DNA from: Lytechinus pictus
Lineage: Eukaryota
Reading direction: 5' to 3'
Assembly: GCF_037042905.1 (NCBI RefSeq)
Contig: NC_087252.1
Span: 10,912,001 to 10,976,000 of the forward strand
Length of the DNA: 64,000 nucleotides
Part shown: piece by piece, positions 27,301 to 42,300 of the stretch
How positions within the stretch are numbered: the first letter of the stretch is position 1
Layout of the letters: every line of letters begins with the position of its first letter
Program-made: the position numbers and the translations under genes
The notes under the pieces: model-generated
Database searches by the model: none
The model's input: the letters and a program-made list of their open reading frames with translations, nothing else
What the model was told of the DNA's origin: nothing

Positions 27301-30300
27301 TAATCAGGTAGTTTATTTGATGTACGCGCTAGTGTTAACGCGTCGATTGCATGAAGAACGCGCTTGATGTACATGTATTTTCCTTTTTTTTTCTATTATG
27401 ACGTAGACGGATCAGAGCTGTAGCAAGAATTTCGGGTTGGAGCCAGATGATGAAGGCAATCTCTGATGGCGAATCCACATAGACTATATAATATAACAGA
27501 TATTGCCTGGTCTATCTTTTTAAAAAATAACATTTCAACTCCCCTTCGAAGCTATTTTTTTCCCTCGGGATAATATTTTCCCTCAGTGCTGCGTGCTTCA
27601 GGCAAAATATAATCCCTTGGGAAAAATATAACTCCGTTGGGGAGAGGAAATGTTATATTCAAACTCTAGGTAGGCAATATCTGTATAATATTTACCCCCC
27701 AAATTTCATCAAAGCTCAGATGGATAGTCTAGCACATTGCATGCTATAACTAGTATAAACTAGATAGGTCGCAAGGATAAATATGGTCATGCATACTATT
27801 GTGGGAATAAAAGAGGTGACAAAGCTATCCTTGAGGGCCACCAAGGGACGCCATTTCACAGAAATACATTTTTGTGTTAGATGAGAAAAACGTGGTCACT
27901 GTTCATGACAAAACCCTTCATTTGATAAATCCTAAACCCTAGTTTCACTCCATCTCTTCTCCAAGCAATCCTCAAACAAGGATTTTTGCCGTTTGGGTAA
28001 AGCACCATTTTTCAGACATCGAGAGGGGGCCAGCTCTCAAACGAGAGTTTGATCTAATTTCATATCCCATATGCTATAAATGAATGCAGAATCCTCACCA
28101 GCAGGACAGTATTTCCCTATAGGGCAATTCAAACAGTTGTCTTGCGTTGTGAATCCAAGTCCCGCGCCGTAGGTCCCAGCCGCACACGGATGCTCCGTGG
28201 ATGTCTCGGTAGAGAATTCGCAGAAATAACCACGGGGGCACAGATACTCCGCAGAAGGGGTACCAATCACCGGGTCTTGAGGGCAGAAATAACCTATAGA
28301 AGGGAGATTGGAATGGAATAGAATCAGAATGGTTTAGATCAAAAATATATTTAAAGCTAAGGGAAATGTCAGAATCATTGATGTAATCATACACATTGAA
28401 ACTATTGCTCACATCTTTTGGGAATGCCCCTTTACTTGCTGATTTTTAGTTGCTTTTAAAAAATACACCCCTAAAAGTGCAATTGGGTTATCTTTGAATT
28501 ATTCTGTATTTGGCATAGCAGGTGGAAATTATCCTCCTTTCAACTTTGATATTTTATATTCTAAATATATATTTTCAACAAGATGTTCAAAAGATTGTGT
28601 ATCATTTTCATCATTTCAAAAGAAATTTTCATATCAAAATAAGTTAGAACGCACTATGAATATGCAACAAATTAAGTTTATTGTAGATCTTGATGGACGG
28701 AGGCACATCGAACTTATTCAAATTTTGTTTTTCTATAAATGTATATAATCATAGGCTGTGCATTACATGTATTTTGTATTTGATTATATGATTTGTGGAG
28801 AAATATTGAATAAAATCTTTCTTTGAAAAAAAAAAGACCAATATTATTGAAAAGCACTATAATCATTGCAATCACTAGCATTAAACATCTAAATCATCAC
28901 AATCACCATCTTGATCATCTTCACAACTACCACCACCAACATCATCAGACATCCTGCCGGAGAAAAGCTTACCCTCAGGGCACGCAGCACAGCCCTCAGC
29001 CGCAGTTGCTGCCCCAGTCCTGTTTCCGAAAGTACCGGCTGGACATGCAAGCTCGTTCAGTCCATCTTCACAGTAATAGCCTGAAAAGGAATATGATTTC
29101 TATTAAGAACAGATACCGATACATGTCACATTCAGCCGATATAGGAAAATAAAATCCCACAATACCATTTTCTCTGACAATACTCATAGCCTAGCAATTA
29201 CATGTATAGGATAAAGGTGTTATACAGAATACTTGACAATGCTTTATAATACCTCTGGTACGAGAACTAAAACATTATTACAGCAAACATTTCACCCAAC
29301 CAGGGGTAACGCTAGGATATCATGATGTAGGGGTGATCTAAAGAAGACATAAATTCTATCATAGGGGTATAATAAAGTTAAAAGATCTTTACCTCCCTTT
29401 TTCATACTCTCCTTTGAAACAAAATCCTCTTGCAGTTACATTTATGAGAACATTACCTTGTTTGCATAGTCCCTCTGTTGGGGTACGACTGGTGGATCCC
29501 TCTGAGCAGGCATAGCCCGGGTCGCAGGTGCTACAAGCTACGCTCGACTGGTTGCTATAGTAACCAGCATCGCATATGACCGGTACTTGATCCGTCACCG
29601 GGCAGTAATGGCCGATGGGGCAAGGAGTACAGGCAGTTTGCAGACCTAGACAATGGGGATAGATAGAATCATTTTTTATTTATTTCTTTGCTTTCCCTAT
29701 TGTATACTTATTTAATTCAAAGGTTGAGTAGCTATTACTACAAGTAACCTATAAATCAACCTTATTATTAAAGGAGACAAGTGTCAATACAGATCTCATT
29801 GGTTAACTTTTTAATCCTTGTTTGTTCCATGAATGACAGAGCAATTACAATCTGTATTTAATAGATATACAGAGAGAGGGGAGGGGGGGCTGCTTATGAA
29901 CTTGTATGTAAAAGGGCTACTTGTGACATTTGGGGGAAAATTGTCCACAGGGAAGCAATTTTCCTTGCCAGGCTTCAATGTAATATTCATTTACTACATC
30001 ATTATCTCTTTAAAACTTAAAAAAACATTGAACACTCCAAATTATTCCTCAAAACTCACTTATTTCAGCAGATGTATAGTAATTAACTTATCGGATGAGC
30101 CAGCGCCTATGAATGCTTCATCATCAAAATCATCCATACAAGTGATAATATATCAACTTCAATACCAACAAATGTGGAAATCAAAGTTGTGCAGAAACAT
30201 ACCCAGTCAGTTTCCTTTTTCATCTCTAAAGGAATTGATGTACATTAACGAGTAAACAAGAAATAAAACAATCTTTACCTTCACTGTAATACCCATCAGC

Positions 30301-33300
30301 GCAGGTTTCTGGTGAAGTCTTGGTGTCATTACAGAAGGAGCCAGCAGGACATGGGGTACATTCCTACACAAAATATGATCAATAAACAAAAGGCCATCAG
30401 AACCATACTCAGGGTTCCCAGCTTTTCAAGAAAACAAAATTCCCTGATTTTTCCCTGATGAAGTTTAAAAATTCCCTGATAATTATTTAAACCCATTCCC
30501 AGTTTCGCATGTTTTCTAAGTTGTTGCAGCGAATTCCATGTATTTTTCAGTATAAAACAATAATGTAAAACTAATTAGTACCACCATGACCAGTCATTCA
30601 ATGGATGTTGTTTTGATATGCAACAAAATATAACAGTCTGACTGACTACCGTGCTTTTGACTTTTGGGCCGATCCAAATTCCCAGATTTTTCCCTGATTT
30701 TAGGTAGTTTTTAAATCAAATTCCCAGATTTTTCCCTGACTGGAAAAAAGTAAAATAATTTTCCCTGATTTCCCTGATGGGCTGGGAACCCTGATACTAA
30801 AGAATGGAGAACATTCATACATGTATGATGAGAATATTTTACAAATACAAGGGTATCACAACCCAATTAGCTGTACATGTAGGTAGGGTAAACTATTACA
30901 CGAGGTCAAAAGGAGACAAAAGTCAATGAAGGTCCATGTATTTCATGTCAAAGAAGTATAGCGCAACTCATTATCGATGACTTCAAAGGAATACAACAAT
31001 GTCCTGCCTGACATTTTTCTGAAGTACTTTAATGCTGCATGCTATATTGTGCACTGAACACAAGGTGCTAATCCACTTTTACACACATGCAAAAAAAATA
31101 AAAATTCACAAGCTTGAATTACAAAAAAAAGTTTCATACACCATTTCATATAAACTGGTATTTGTGAATCAATCATCTCCATCGTCTTAGACCTGAACAA
31201 ACAATTCTTCAAGCTATCTTTGTTTTTGTCATGAAATCTCACAGAACATTTTTAAAAAAAGTAGAAAATGCATACATTGCATGCGAAACCCCAAAGATAG
31301 GTTAAGTATATGCCTGTGAAATGCTTAGAGACGTCGTTCTGGGCCGTCTCGCAAAGAATTGCGATTGTTCTGATCGACCACAAGTACGGAAGAGCCAGGA
31401 ACATCGACAGATATAATGCAGCTTTGTTCAAAAAATTTTCTAGATACAATGTATATTCATACACTGTACATTCACCTTTTTCTTCACAATTCATTTATGC
31501 TCCACTTTATTTACAAAAGAACATTGTGCAAATTTCCTGTAGGAAAAATTATGACAATGATGGCTTTCCATATAGTGGAGGTTGATCGGATCAATCGCAA
31601 CTCTTTGTAAGATGGAACCGTGATATACATGTAAGAGTGCAGAATATCATTATCATTATCAAAGCGCTTTCTATGATGGTAACTTTGCAATCCAATGGTA
31701 AATTGCATGGAATGCTTGATTTTGATTGGCTGTTGATCACCGTTACCATGGTAGATACATGTACCATTGGATGGCAAAGTTACCATAAACTTTCATGAAA
31801 CGGAGCCCCTTTACTGATCCTTACCGTTGAGCCAGTCAGTGCGTAGTAACCGTCGCTGCAAGGCATCTGGTATGTGCTGGATGTGTAGGGGCATGCCTTG
31901 CCAGCAGGGCAGATCGTACAGCTCTCCTGCCCCCCGCCGCTGTAGTAACCTTCATCACAGTCAACAATGGTGGAAGAATCGTCACGGTCAGGACACTCCT
32001 TGCCGGGCGGACATCTGGTGCATGACTGCAAAAAAAAAATCAATTTTGAGAAACATGGTTAATTATATAATGATAATAATGCAACATGTAATAGTGCCTG
32101 TATAATCTCTACTGAGTGCTTAAAGTGCAAATCATTATTATCTCCCTAGCTGTACCCCACCCAACGCACCAGCCCCAAAATTCTTTAATCTGAGGGAAAA
32201 AAACCCTAGTAAGATACATGTACTTCAAAAATATTTAAAAGAATTCTCTTGACAACTGAATTTTTGATGAAAATCTTACAAACATGGTTTAAGACATTCC
32301 AAGTATATACAACTAAATTCCTGTCTAAGTGCAACTAGTGTCCATTTTGGAGTCAGATGGGCATCAGCTTTCAAAGGGATTAGTATTTATTGACTCTAAC
32401 CTTTGTGAAAAGCACTGAAAAAACCTCTTATAAAGACTTCGTAGGAGAAAGCAAACTCAATGTACTAGCAAGAAATTCTTTGGCCAAGCCGGCGTGGCCT
32501 CAAGCAACTGTGAGGCCAAGGAACATGAGATAATGCCTTTACCACAAGGTAATGGTTGGGATTTCCAGGGGCCTAACATTACATCTGCAAGACATAAATA
32601 TTATTCTACCCTGGGCGATTCGCACCGGCTGCAAAAGGTTAAGCAGTCTAGTCAAATTCCCTGTGACAGCCATCGATTACACAGGGTTGCAATCAAGTCT
32701 TGACTCGAGTCACCTACCAGTGACTCAAGCAATATTCAGTTATTTGTAACCATTAACATTTGTACAGTGACTCGACTGACTGGACTTGAACCCTACAATG
32801 ACTTGATTCGACCAAAATTCTGGTGACTCGTTTAGGACAATGTGATTGAATGCTTCTAGGGACTTACCCGAGCGCCTTCATCGGCATAGTAGCCGAATCC
32901 ACAGGGAACGGAGCTGTTAGACGTCGTTGATGGGCACTGATAGCCAGCGGGACAGGCGTGGCACTCCGATAAACCACCCTCAGAGAAATAGCCCTGTGAG
33001 AGGTAAAAGAATACATGTGATAAAATAAAAATTGTTTAAAGATACATGAAAGTAGCTGCAGTAAATACTCATTTCATATGCAAGTCTGTGAAACCAAGGT
33101 GAATTGGGGTGTTGTGGCTCAGTGGATAAGTCTCCAGACTTTGAACTACAAGGTCCGGGTTCAAATCCCACCGCAGCACTACCGTCCATTGGCAAGGCGT
33201 TTTTCTAAGTTTGCCACTCTTGACCCAGGTGTAGTAAATGGGTACCCGGTAGGAAGGGATTACTTGAATGCTCGAGCGTAGCCGTGCTAAACCTGGGGTA

Positions 33301-36300
33301 ATAGTATGCAGCGCTTAGAGACAAATGTCATTTGTACTAAACGCTATGCAGATGTCACATATTATTATTAAATTGTCACTATATCATCGTAGATCTAGAT
33401 CTGGTAGAGTTACATTCACCAAACTTTGACATTTGAACTTATACAGAGAGGAAGTTGGGTAGTCATTTGATTGAATTCTGTACAAACTCATGTTGCAATC
33501 ATTTCCACAACTAGCATTTATTTTTAAATAAATCTTGTCAAGATCTTTGTTCTTTCATCTGCAAGTACACATGAATGTCCGATATTTGGCTGGACTTTGG
33601 AACATTGCATATCCTCCTTATGTGCAGCCATCGAGGCCCTATAACATAAAGAATCGTGATTGATTATTGGGATGATTTTTACAACAGCGTGCATTGATTT
33701 TTGTGTATGATCAATCGTGAAAATCAGCACCACAATCAAACAATATACTTCCTTTTACAGGGCCAAGGTGGGTGTTTCATAAAGCTGTTCGTAAGTTAAG
33801 AGGGACTTTAAGAATGACTGGTGATCCTATCTTGTGGCAAATGATATCCACCATTAAATGTTCTTTGGTGATTATTAAGCGCGTAAGAAAGGTCCACCTG
33901 TCATTCTTAAAATTGCTCTTAACTCACAAAAACAGGTTTATGAAACAGCCCCCAGGTCTCTTTGCTTTCTAGTCAAACTTGCGGCCATTCGTATTATTCG
34001 TAATATATACTATATGTAAAATAACATCAAATCTTAGTGTCGTTCTAGATAAAATAATAACAGAGAAGCATTTCATGAAACAAATGTTCATATAACCATT
34101 TATAATCAACTCCATAAATAGTTGCATCTGATTGGCTTACAACTAGTGGGGGCATTGTGGTCTAGTGGTTATGAATCTTGTCTTTCAATGAGAGGGACGT
34201 GGGTTCGAATCTCAGCCACGGCGTGTTTTCCTTCAGCAAGAAATTTCTCCACATTGTGCTGCCCTCTACCCAGGTGAGGTGAATGGGTACCCGGCAGGAT
34301 TAATGCACCAAGCACTTTTAGGAACTGGAGCTACAGCCGGGGTAATCTATAGTTCGCCATTGAATAGAAAACTAGATAAATCGGTGCCTCATAAATGCTA
34401 TATATTATTATTATTAACTTTTTTTGTTGGTTCATATCTGCTTCATGAAACACTTTCCCTATTGCCAGTGCACATACTGAGGAACACTACAGAAATAACC
34501 GCATCTGATTGGCTCATAACATTTTTTCAATGATAATCTACTTTGTGATACCCTCCCCGATTGTCCATAAACTTACCGAGGAACACTTTGCATTGCCGCT
34601 TCCGTCTGCTTGTGGGCACTGCCATCCGGCGGGACAGGTGGTACAGTAGGCCGCTCCCAGGCGGGCGTAGCTACCTGCTGGGCAGGCGGCTATGTTGGCA
34701 TCGGTCGTGGTGTTGGGACAGATGTAGCCTGGCTGGCAGATTGTACAAGTTGACTGGTTGCCAAGGGAGTATGAACCTGAAAGAAAATGAAGGTGTAAGT
34801 GTCATTAGAAGGTCAAAGTAGAAGGAGGAGGAGAATGAGAAGGAGAAGAAGCTGATGAAGGAGGGGAAGAAAGAGGAGGAGAGGGAGAAAGAAGCAGGAG
34901 AAGACAAAGACAAGCATGATATTTCCCTCTGAAAAAAAATCTGAAAAGTAGCCAAGGGTCGCTATAAAGTCACCGCTGAAGTCCGAGGCGCCCCGGTGGG
35001 GGTTACAACCTCTTGCATAGTAAAGAAATCTGAAGTGATTTTTCAAGGTGGGTCTGCATGATAGTTTTATCTTGTGACTTAAAAAAAGCAGTAAAAATAC
35101 AGCATGAGAATATTCTTGGGGAAAAGGATTTCATTTTTTTTTTTAATGAAAAAATCTGGAAAAAAACAATCAGAATTATGATTTTATTTGGGAGAATATC
35201 ATACCTGCAAAAAAAAGAGATGAAAAAAGATGAAGAAAGAAAAGTACAAGAAAAAACAAAGAAGAACAAAATATGCAAGAAAATGAAGAAAAGAAATAGG
35301 AAGAATTAAAGAAAGTCAACAATGAGAAGAAACCCCTGGCCATAATAAGAAACCTAAATTGGTTTAATATAAGTTTTCAGAATAACTAAAGATAAGATTA
35401 GGAACAAACCTTCGAGACAATTCACAGCCGCTGTGGGGTCAGAGGTCGAAGGGCACGCCTGGCCTGCAGGGCACGGGGTACATGACGTCTGAGCTGCCAC
35501 GGAATAATAACCCGGCTCGCAAGGCGTTGGTGCCTCATCGGTGGTGGGGCAGGCGTATCCAGCAGGGCAGTTGGTACATTCAGTTGATAGGGGCAAACTG
35601 TAGGATCCTTCCCCGCATGTACTGGGTGCCAGTCTGTAAAGGCAAGAAATTTCAACAGTGGTCATATTTTCCATATTGAACAAGTAATAATAATAATATC
35701 AACATTAATAATTAAAATCATAATCATAATGATAATATTATTAATTATAATAATAACAGTAATATTACTAATTATAATAATAGTAATACTACTACTACTT
35801 CTACTACTACTACTAATACTACTACTAACTGTAATAAGTACATACATGTAACTCCTATTTAACCAGGGTAACAACTTCAAATATTAGCTGATTTTCAAGT
35901 GCGCCTTGCATAACATAATATGTTATTAAAAGTTTAATTCGGGGTGGTTTAGTAGAATCATGGTCTCAAATAATATTTTTCCTCATCCTCCAGAAAAATG
36001 AAGCATTCTACTTACGATGGATCGGAGCAGTACATGCCAGCTGGGCATGGTGAGCATTCAGTATGACCGGTTGACCCATTGGTTGAATGACCGTAGGTAC
36101 ATGCCACTGGTGGTTGGTCAGTGAAGGGGCAAGCGTAGCCCGAGGGGCAAGCCGTGCAGGTTTCCTCACCGGCAAGGCTGTATTCGCCCTCAGTACAGTT
36201 TGACGTCGAGCTGATGGAGCAGCTATCACCCGCAGGGCACAGGAGGCACATCGGAATCATCTACAAGTGGAAAAAAAGGTAGAGTTATTAATACTCTCTT

Positions 36301-39300
36301 CCAGATGCATTAATTGAGAAGTCGTATGGGAAAGTAGGCTGATTTTGAAACAGAGAGGACTTGCAAGGCTGAGGTTGGATACAAGGAATCCCATGATTTT
36401 AAAAATTACATGCAGTGAGAAATTAACCTTGGGGAGACCAAGCCCGCATATACATGTATACTGCCTAGCATCTAATGAAAACATGTACTATAATAAAGTC
36501 ATCTCGTCTCCAACAGGTAAATCAAACATATGATCATATGAAAAAGCATGTACAAAGACTTCTACCAAAATCTGGGAGAGTTACATAATCATCGCCAGTA
36601 TGTATGGGAGAAGCATGGATGACTATAAGAAGTAGACTGGCCAACCAGAAGCAAACTTTCTTTCATGAATAAAATTACCTCAGGACTGTAGTATCCGCTA
36701 TCACAAGGGGCCGGTGCATCACCAGGATCAAGGCAAGACATCCCCTCAGGGCACGGCGTACAGGAGTCGTTCCTGGCCGAGGAGTATGTCCCATAGGGGC
36801 ACGACTGGGGGACGTTGGTGGGGTCAGGGCAGTAGAATCCGGCCGGACAGTCCGTGCACTGAAGTCCCTGGAATCAAAAGATTATAAATGGGTTAAATAA
36901 TGTAGCAAATCAGAGCCCCTTGAATGTGTAATGTGTCCCCTCTTTGTTTTGGGGGGGTTAATGTGCACAGGCACGTGTTTCACAATGATTCAAGTATGAC
37001 TTAGATATGCCCTTAAATTTCAGTTGCATACATTATATAACGAATCATCGCATTAGTGATATCATGGTAGGACCATCCTATTGCGTATTTATCAATAAGA
37101 CTGCACGCTTCACAAAGGCTATGAACTCTAGTCTGCAGGCACAGACCCTGCTTGAAACTTTAATCAACAAGTGGGTCTTCACACAAAGACTATCAAATAT
37201 TAAAGGGCCTTAAGTACACAAGTCAGTGTAGGCTTTGCATTCAGACACCTCAACTCAAGCCAAGTGAAAGGTTTGCACAGCAGACTAAAGCACCTCCTAG
37301 CTTACCTCTCCAAGACCGCTGTATGTTCCTGTAGGGCAGACCGTTGGTAGATCACCTGCTACAAGACACAGAGACCCTACAGGACAGGGTGTACAGGATG
37401 ATGCCTGTTCCAGACTGAACATTCCTGTAAATTATAGACACAGAAATAGAAAGAAACTTTAGTCTCAATTTCAAATTCTGCTCTTAAGGCTAAGTTCAAG
37501 TTCTGGTATAGAAATCTAATTTTAATAGTAAATATATTCCTTTGTGTTCAATACTCTCATTACCGTGAGCGAAGATGTCATCATTATAATTAGTATTATA
37601 TCCTACATGAATTAAATCCTGTATGCTGATTGGTTTAAATAGCATCATGTGACCAAACATATTCTCACTATTTTGCGATGATGTCGAAAATGAAACGCCC
37701 ACCGAAGAAAAAGTGCTATTCCGTGACGTCAATGATGGAAGTCTACTATTCCATCATTGACGTCAATATACTAATACGCGTTCCGCGCACTGAGCGCATA
37801 GCTAAGCACTTCAGGAAAAGTAGGTCAGTCAGCCCCGCGGTGGCTGGTTTGGTTAAGATTTTTTTTTAAAGATGAACTAAGATTACAAGAACAAGATTAT
37901 CAAGATCTATTGCTTATTAAAGTAGGATATAAAACAAATATACCAGGCCTTTATTTCGAAAGTATAGAGATAAATTATTCATCCTCGGTTGTACTGGCAA
38001 AATAACTATTTTTCCCTCGGGGCTTCGCCCCTCGGGAAAAAATAGTAATGCCAGTCCAACCTCGGATAAATAATTCCCGCTATACTTACTCAAAGCCTGG
38101 TATATTTGTATATTATATCCCTTACTTAAGATTGTTGTATTGAGAGTGTACACAAGGAGAAAAAGAATAGTTTTACTACGAAAAACGTTTGCCATGAAAT
38201 AGTTCATTTTCCTTGCTGACATCACGCATAGTCCATTTTTTCCCTAGGGAAAAAGGGAACTATACGTTTTTTGACCACCCCCCTACCTCGCGATTCGCGA
38301 GCTGTGCGGCGCGATGCGAGCAAAGCGCTGCACAGCCAAACGGTACTCTCCACTGCATGCCACGGGAAACTTTCGGCGAGCTGCACTAACCAGGTGCGCT
38401 CGCTGAACAGACGATCCATACGGCAAGACTTATTATTTTCTCAACTTTTCAACGATTGGTCTATATACCGACTTATTAAGGGTCAAGTCCACCCCAGAAA
38501 AATGTTTATTTTTAATAAATAGAGAAAAATCAATCTAGCAGAACACTGAAAATTTCATCAAAATCGGATGTAAAATAAGAAAGTTATGGCATTTTAAAGT
38601 TTCGCATATTTTTTTCACAAAACAGTGATATGCACAACTCTGCGACATGCAAATGAGAGTCAAAGATGTCACTCACTCACTATTTCTTTTGTTTTTTATT
38701 GTTTGAATTATGTTTCATTTCTTACAGATTTGACAATAAGGACCAACTTGACTGAACCATATATTATTAAACAATGCTAATTCCGCATGTTCATACAGAG
38801 TGACTTACCGAGAGGGCAAGGGGTACAGACGCCAGCACCCTCGGCCGCATACGTCCCAGCAGTGCAGTTCTGAGGCTTTATCCTATCCGTACCATTCAGA
38901 CACTCATGACCGGCTGGACAGCCGCTGCAAGAAGACGCGCCATCATCGCTCCACTTTCCCTCCGGACAGATGCTACAAACCTGTTGACCACTGACGCTGT
39001 AGTAGCCGGTGTCACAAGGCGTCGGGGAACCGCTGACGGAGAGACAGGATGAACCGCCGGGGCAGAGGTAACAGGTGGATTTGCCAGTGGTGTCTTGGTA
39101 AGTACCGGTGGGGCAGGCCTGGGGGTTGCCGAGGGGTGAGGGGCACATGAAGCCCTGGGGGCAGGGCAAACAGTCGGTGCCATTGGAGTACTCTCCGACC
39201 TGAAAGATTTGTGACAAACATACATGTATTTAGTATGTATGGGACTATTATAATCCTGTTTTCATCATCTGCAGGTAAAAGATTCCTAAATCAATCAATT

Positions 39301-42300
39301 TCATTGTGCCAATGAAATGCACGTTTTATTCTTCTCCATACCCTCCTTTTTTTCTACCTCTCCTCTTTTTTCTTCTTTCTTCTTTGTCTTCTCCTTCTCC
39401 TCCTTCTTTTTCTCCCCCCTCCTCCTCCCCCCTTTCTCCTTCTCCCTTATTTTCCTCTACCTCTTCCTCATCCCTGTCCTCTAATCCGCCTCCTCTTCAT
39501 CCTTCTTCCTCAAAACATTACAATCAATATTAGTAATATTACAATAATTCAAACTATAAATAGTAAATTTTACACCCTATAGGATGAAGTCATTAATATG
39601 AGAGACTGACCTGACATAACCCTTGACCCGATGACCCGCACGCCTGACCTACAGGACAGGATGCACAGCTGGTGGATCCACTCGTTGAAAACTACAAAGG
39701 CAAAATATTAAATTTGAGAATTATTATAGACGCTCTTGTACATATCATTGTAAGCAATTATACGTAATTAAGTGTTATTTTTCTTCCAAACAAGCACACT
39801 CTAAGTATATATTCAAAGCAGATTTTTGAAAATTAATTATTTTTCATTTTATGCATGGATGCTGTACATGTACAAGTAATCAAAGCCTTAACTTTAATAA
39901 CGTTATAAAATATAAAATATTGAAAGTCAATTTTAAGTACCACTCCGTGTAGTCTTACAGAATTGGCTCTTCCATTGATGAATAAAAATTTGCCATAGAA
40001 CCAAAAATAAATTTGATCTGATGCAGTAATATTTATTGCAAAACATCAGGGTATCCAATCATGAAACCGTCATTTCACAATTTATTATTTCATTAACTAT
40101 GTTGTAAAACTTGTGAATGGTCTGTGTGAGTCAACTCTATTCTATTTATTGTTCAAAGACCTTTTTTTGGGGGGGTAACATTTTAGTATCAAAGCATTTA
40201 TAAGAATATTCTATTCAGCGTAATTGGGATATGGATTTTTTCACACAACAACCTTTACATCTTGATTGCTTGTTAGTTATATTTCATTTGTTTTATCAAA
40301 TTCTATTTGAAATATATAAGCAATTTAACTTTGCAAACAGATATATTTCATAAACATGTAGTGCAGAAAATATGCATTCCACTACTAGAACATAATTAGT
40401 TGGCTTGACATTAAAAGCTTTCACAATAAAGCAGCTAATCATAACTTCAAAGAAAATCATGAAGATGATGATTATGTGGAGTTTGTATTAAACAAAGTAA
40501 ATCAATTTATTCTTAAATTTGACTGCAAAATGTTTATGTTGTGTGCAATACCATCATTGGTGATGACGAGTCACCCTGTCTAAATATCAGTAATAAACTC
40601 ACAAATAATACAATATTTTTAGCAAACATCTAAGATACCCTATGAATTTCAAAATCTTGCCATAATTGGAGAAAACATTTTCTGTCTGCTCTAATTTGTC
40701 AAGCCTTAAAATAATGTGAGGTTATGGTTAGTATTGAAGCATTGGTGAACACAACATTTGCTCCTGCGACATTTGCTCTGGTCTTAATATCTCAGAGGGC
40801 ATAGGGTTAGAGTTAGAATTGTAATAGAGTTTTTTATTCAGAATAATGCAAAGATAAGAATTAGGGTTTATTAAGTTATGGAGGTTAGATTTAATGTTTG
40901 GCTTTAATGTGCAGATTTTCCATCGGAGCAATTGTCGGAGGAGCAAATGTCGTGGACCTGAAGCATTAGTAAGCTTACGAAGCCAGCCTCGCAAGCTATG
41001 GGTTCTTGGGTATTGTTTGGGCAGCGGAAGTTAGCGGGGCACTCAGTACAACTCGTCTGCATGGAAGCGGTCTGGTAAGTCCCTGCGGCACACTGTTATA
41101 GGGGTAAAAAAAATAATTGCATGTTAATGATTATTACATATGGAAATAATGAATAAAATAGTGATATTAATGATGAAACAACACAATAAACAGAAATTAT
41201 CCATGAATTAACAAAAGGCATCAACATGGACATCATATTAGGAAATTCTACAATTTACATGCAGTAATAANNNNNNNNNNNNNNNNNNNNNNNNNNNNNN
41301 NNNNNNNNNNNNNNNNNNNNNNNNNNNNNNNNNNNNNNNNNNNNNNNNNNNNNNNNNNNNNNNNNNNNNNNNNNNNNNNNNNNNNNNNNNNNNNNNNNNN
41401 NNNNNNNNNNNNNNNNNNNNNNNNNNNNNNNNNNNNNNNNNNNNNNNNNNNNNNNNNNNNNNNNNNNNNNNNNNNNNNNNNNNNNNNNNNNNNNNNNNNN
41501 NNNNNNNNNNNNNNNNNNNNNNNNNNNNNNNNTCTTACTACTCTTACTAAAAGTAGCTGTTACTTCTACTATAATGTACTTCTAAACCAGGGGAACAATA
41601 TTTTCAATAGATGACATTCTTTTTTTCTCAATTGAACAATAAAGGTTAATTGTAGAATTACTGAACATAATATTGACCTCTCTTTTCAAAGTCTGTTTTT
41701 TAATATACTTTATTCGCTTTTCTCCTCTTTCTTTTTGCTCTCCTAATTTTTCTCCATAGGGTGGAGGAGGGGGCATATTGTAGTTCTATGTCCTAATCAA
41801 GAGCTAATGATGACCAACCCTAGTAAAAAATTGTGTGAGAAGAGCTTTTGATTCATACGATTTTGTGTAACACTGGCCAAACATCCCTAATTTTTCTCCT
41901 GTATTACAGGAAGCAAAAACCTTACTGGGGTGGGAGTCTTAGGCCCGTTTTCTGAAGTCAGGTTTAACTTAGACTACGGTCTAACTTTGTGCTAAAATTA
42001 TGGGAAGCCAAAAGTGTCAAAATTTGTATTAAGTTGTATGTTTCTTATGTTTACTGTACTCTTTCCTGATTCAACGATGGTGAAGACAATCATCTATTTT
42101 TACTTCCTAGACAATTATGAATGATTTGAAAGCCAAATGAGCTGAAATATTATACCGTTATTTATATTATATTATCTACTGTTAGTGAGTTACATGTATG
42201 TAACAATTTGCTATCCATACTTAAACCACAACTTTAAACCTGAGTTTAAGTTAAACCCGACTTCAGAATATGGGCCTAAGAAGCTAGACTGTGGATTTAA

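Noticed and set aside
41271-41531. Missing exon hidden in the N gap
   Set aside because: The apparent phase clash disappears when the exon 9 donor at 42320 (GTAATG) is used, giving ...ETCIT|CAAG; no extra exon is required, though one cannot be excluded.
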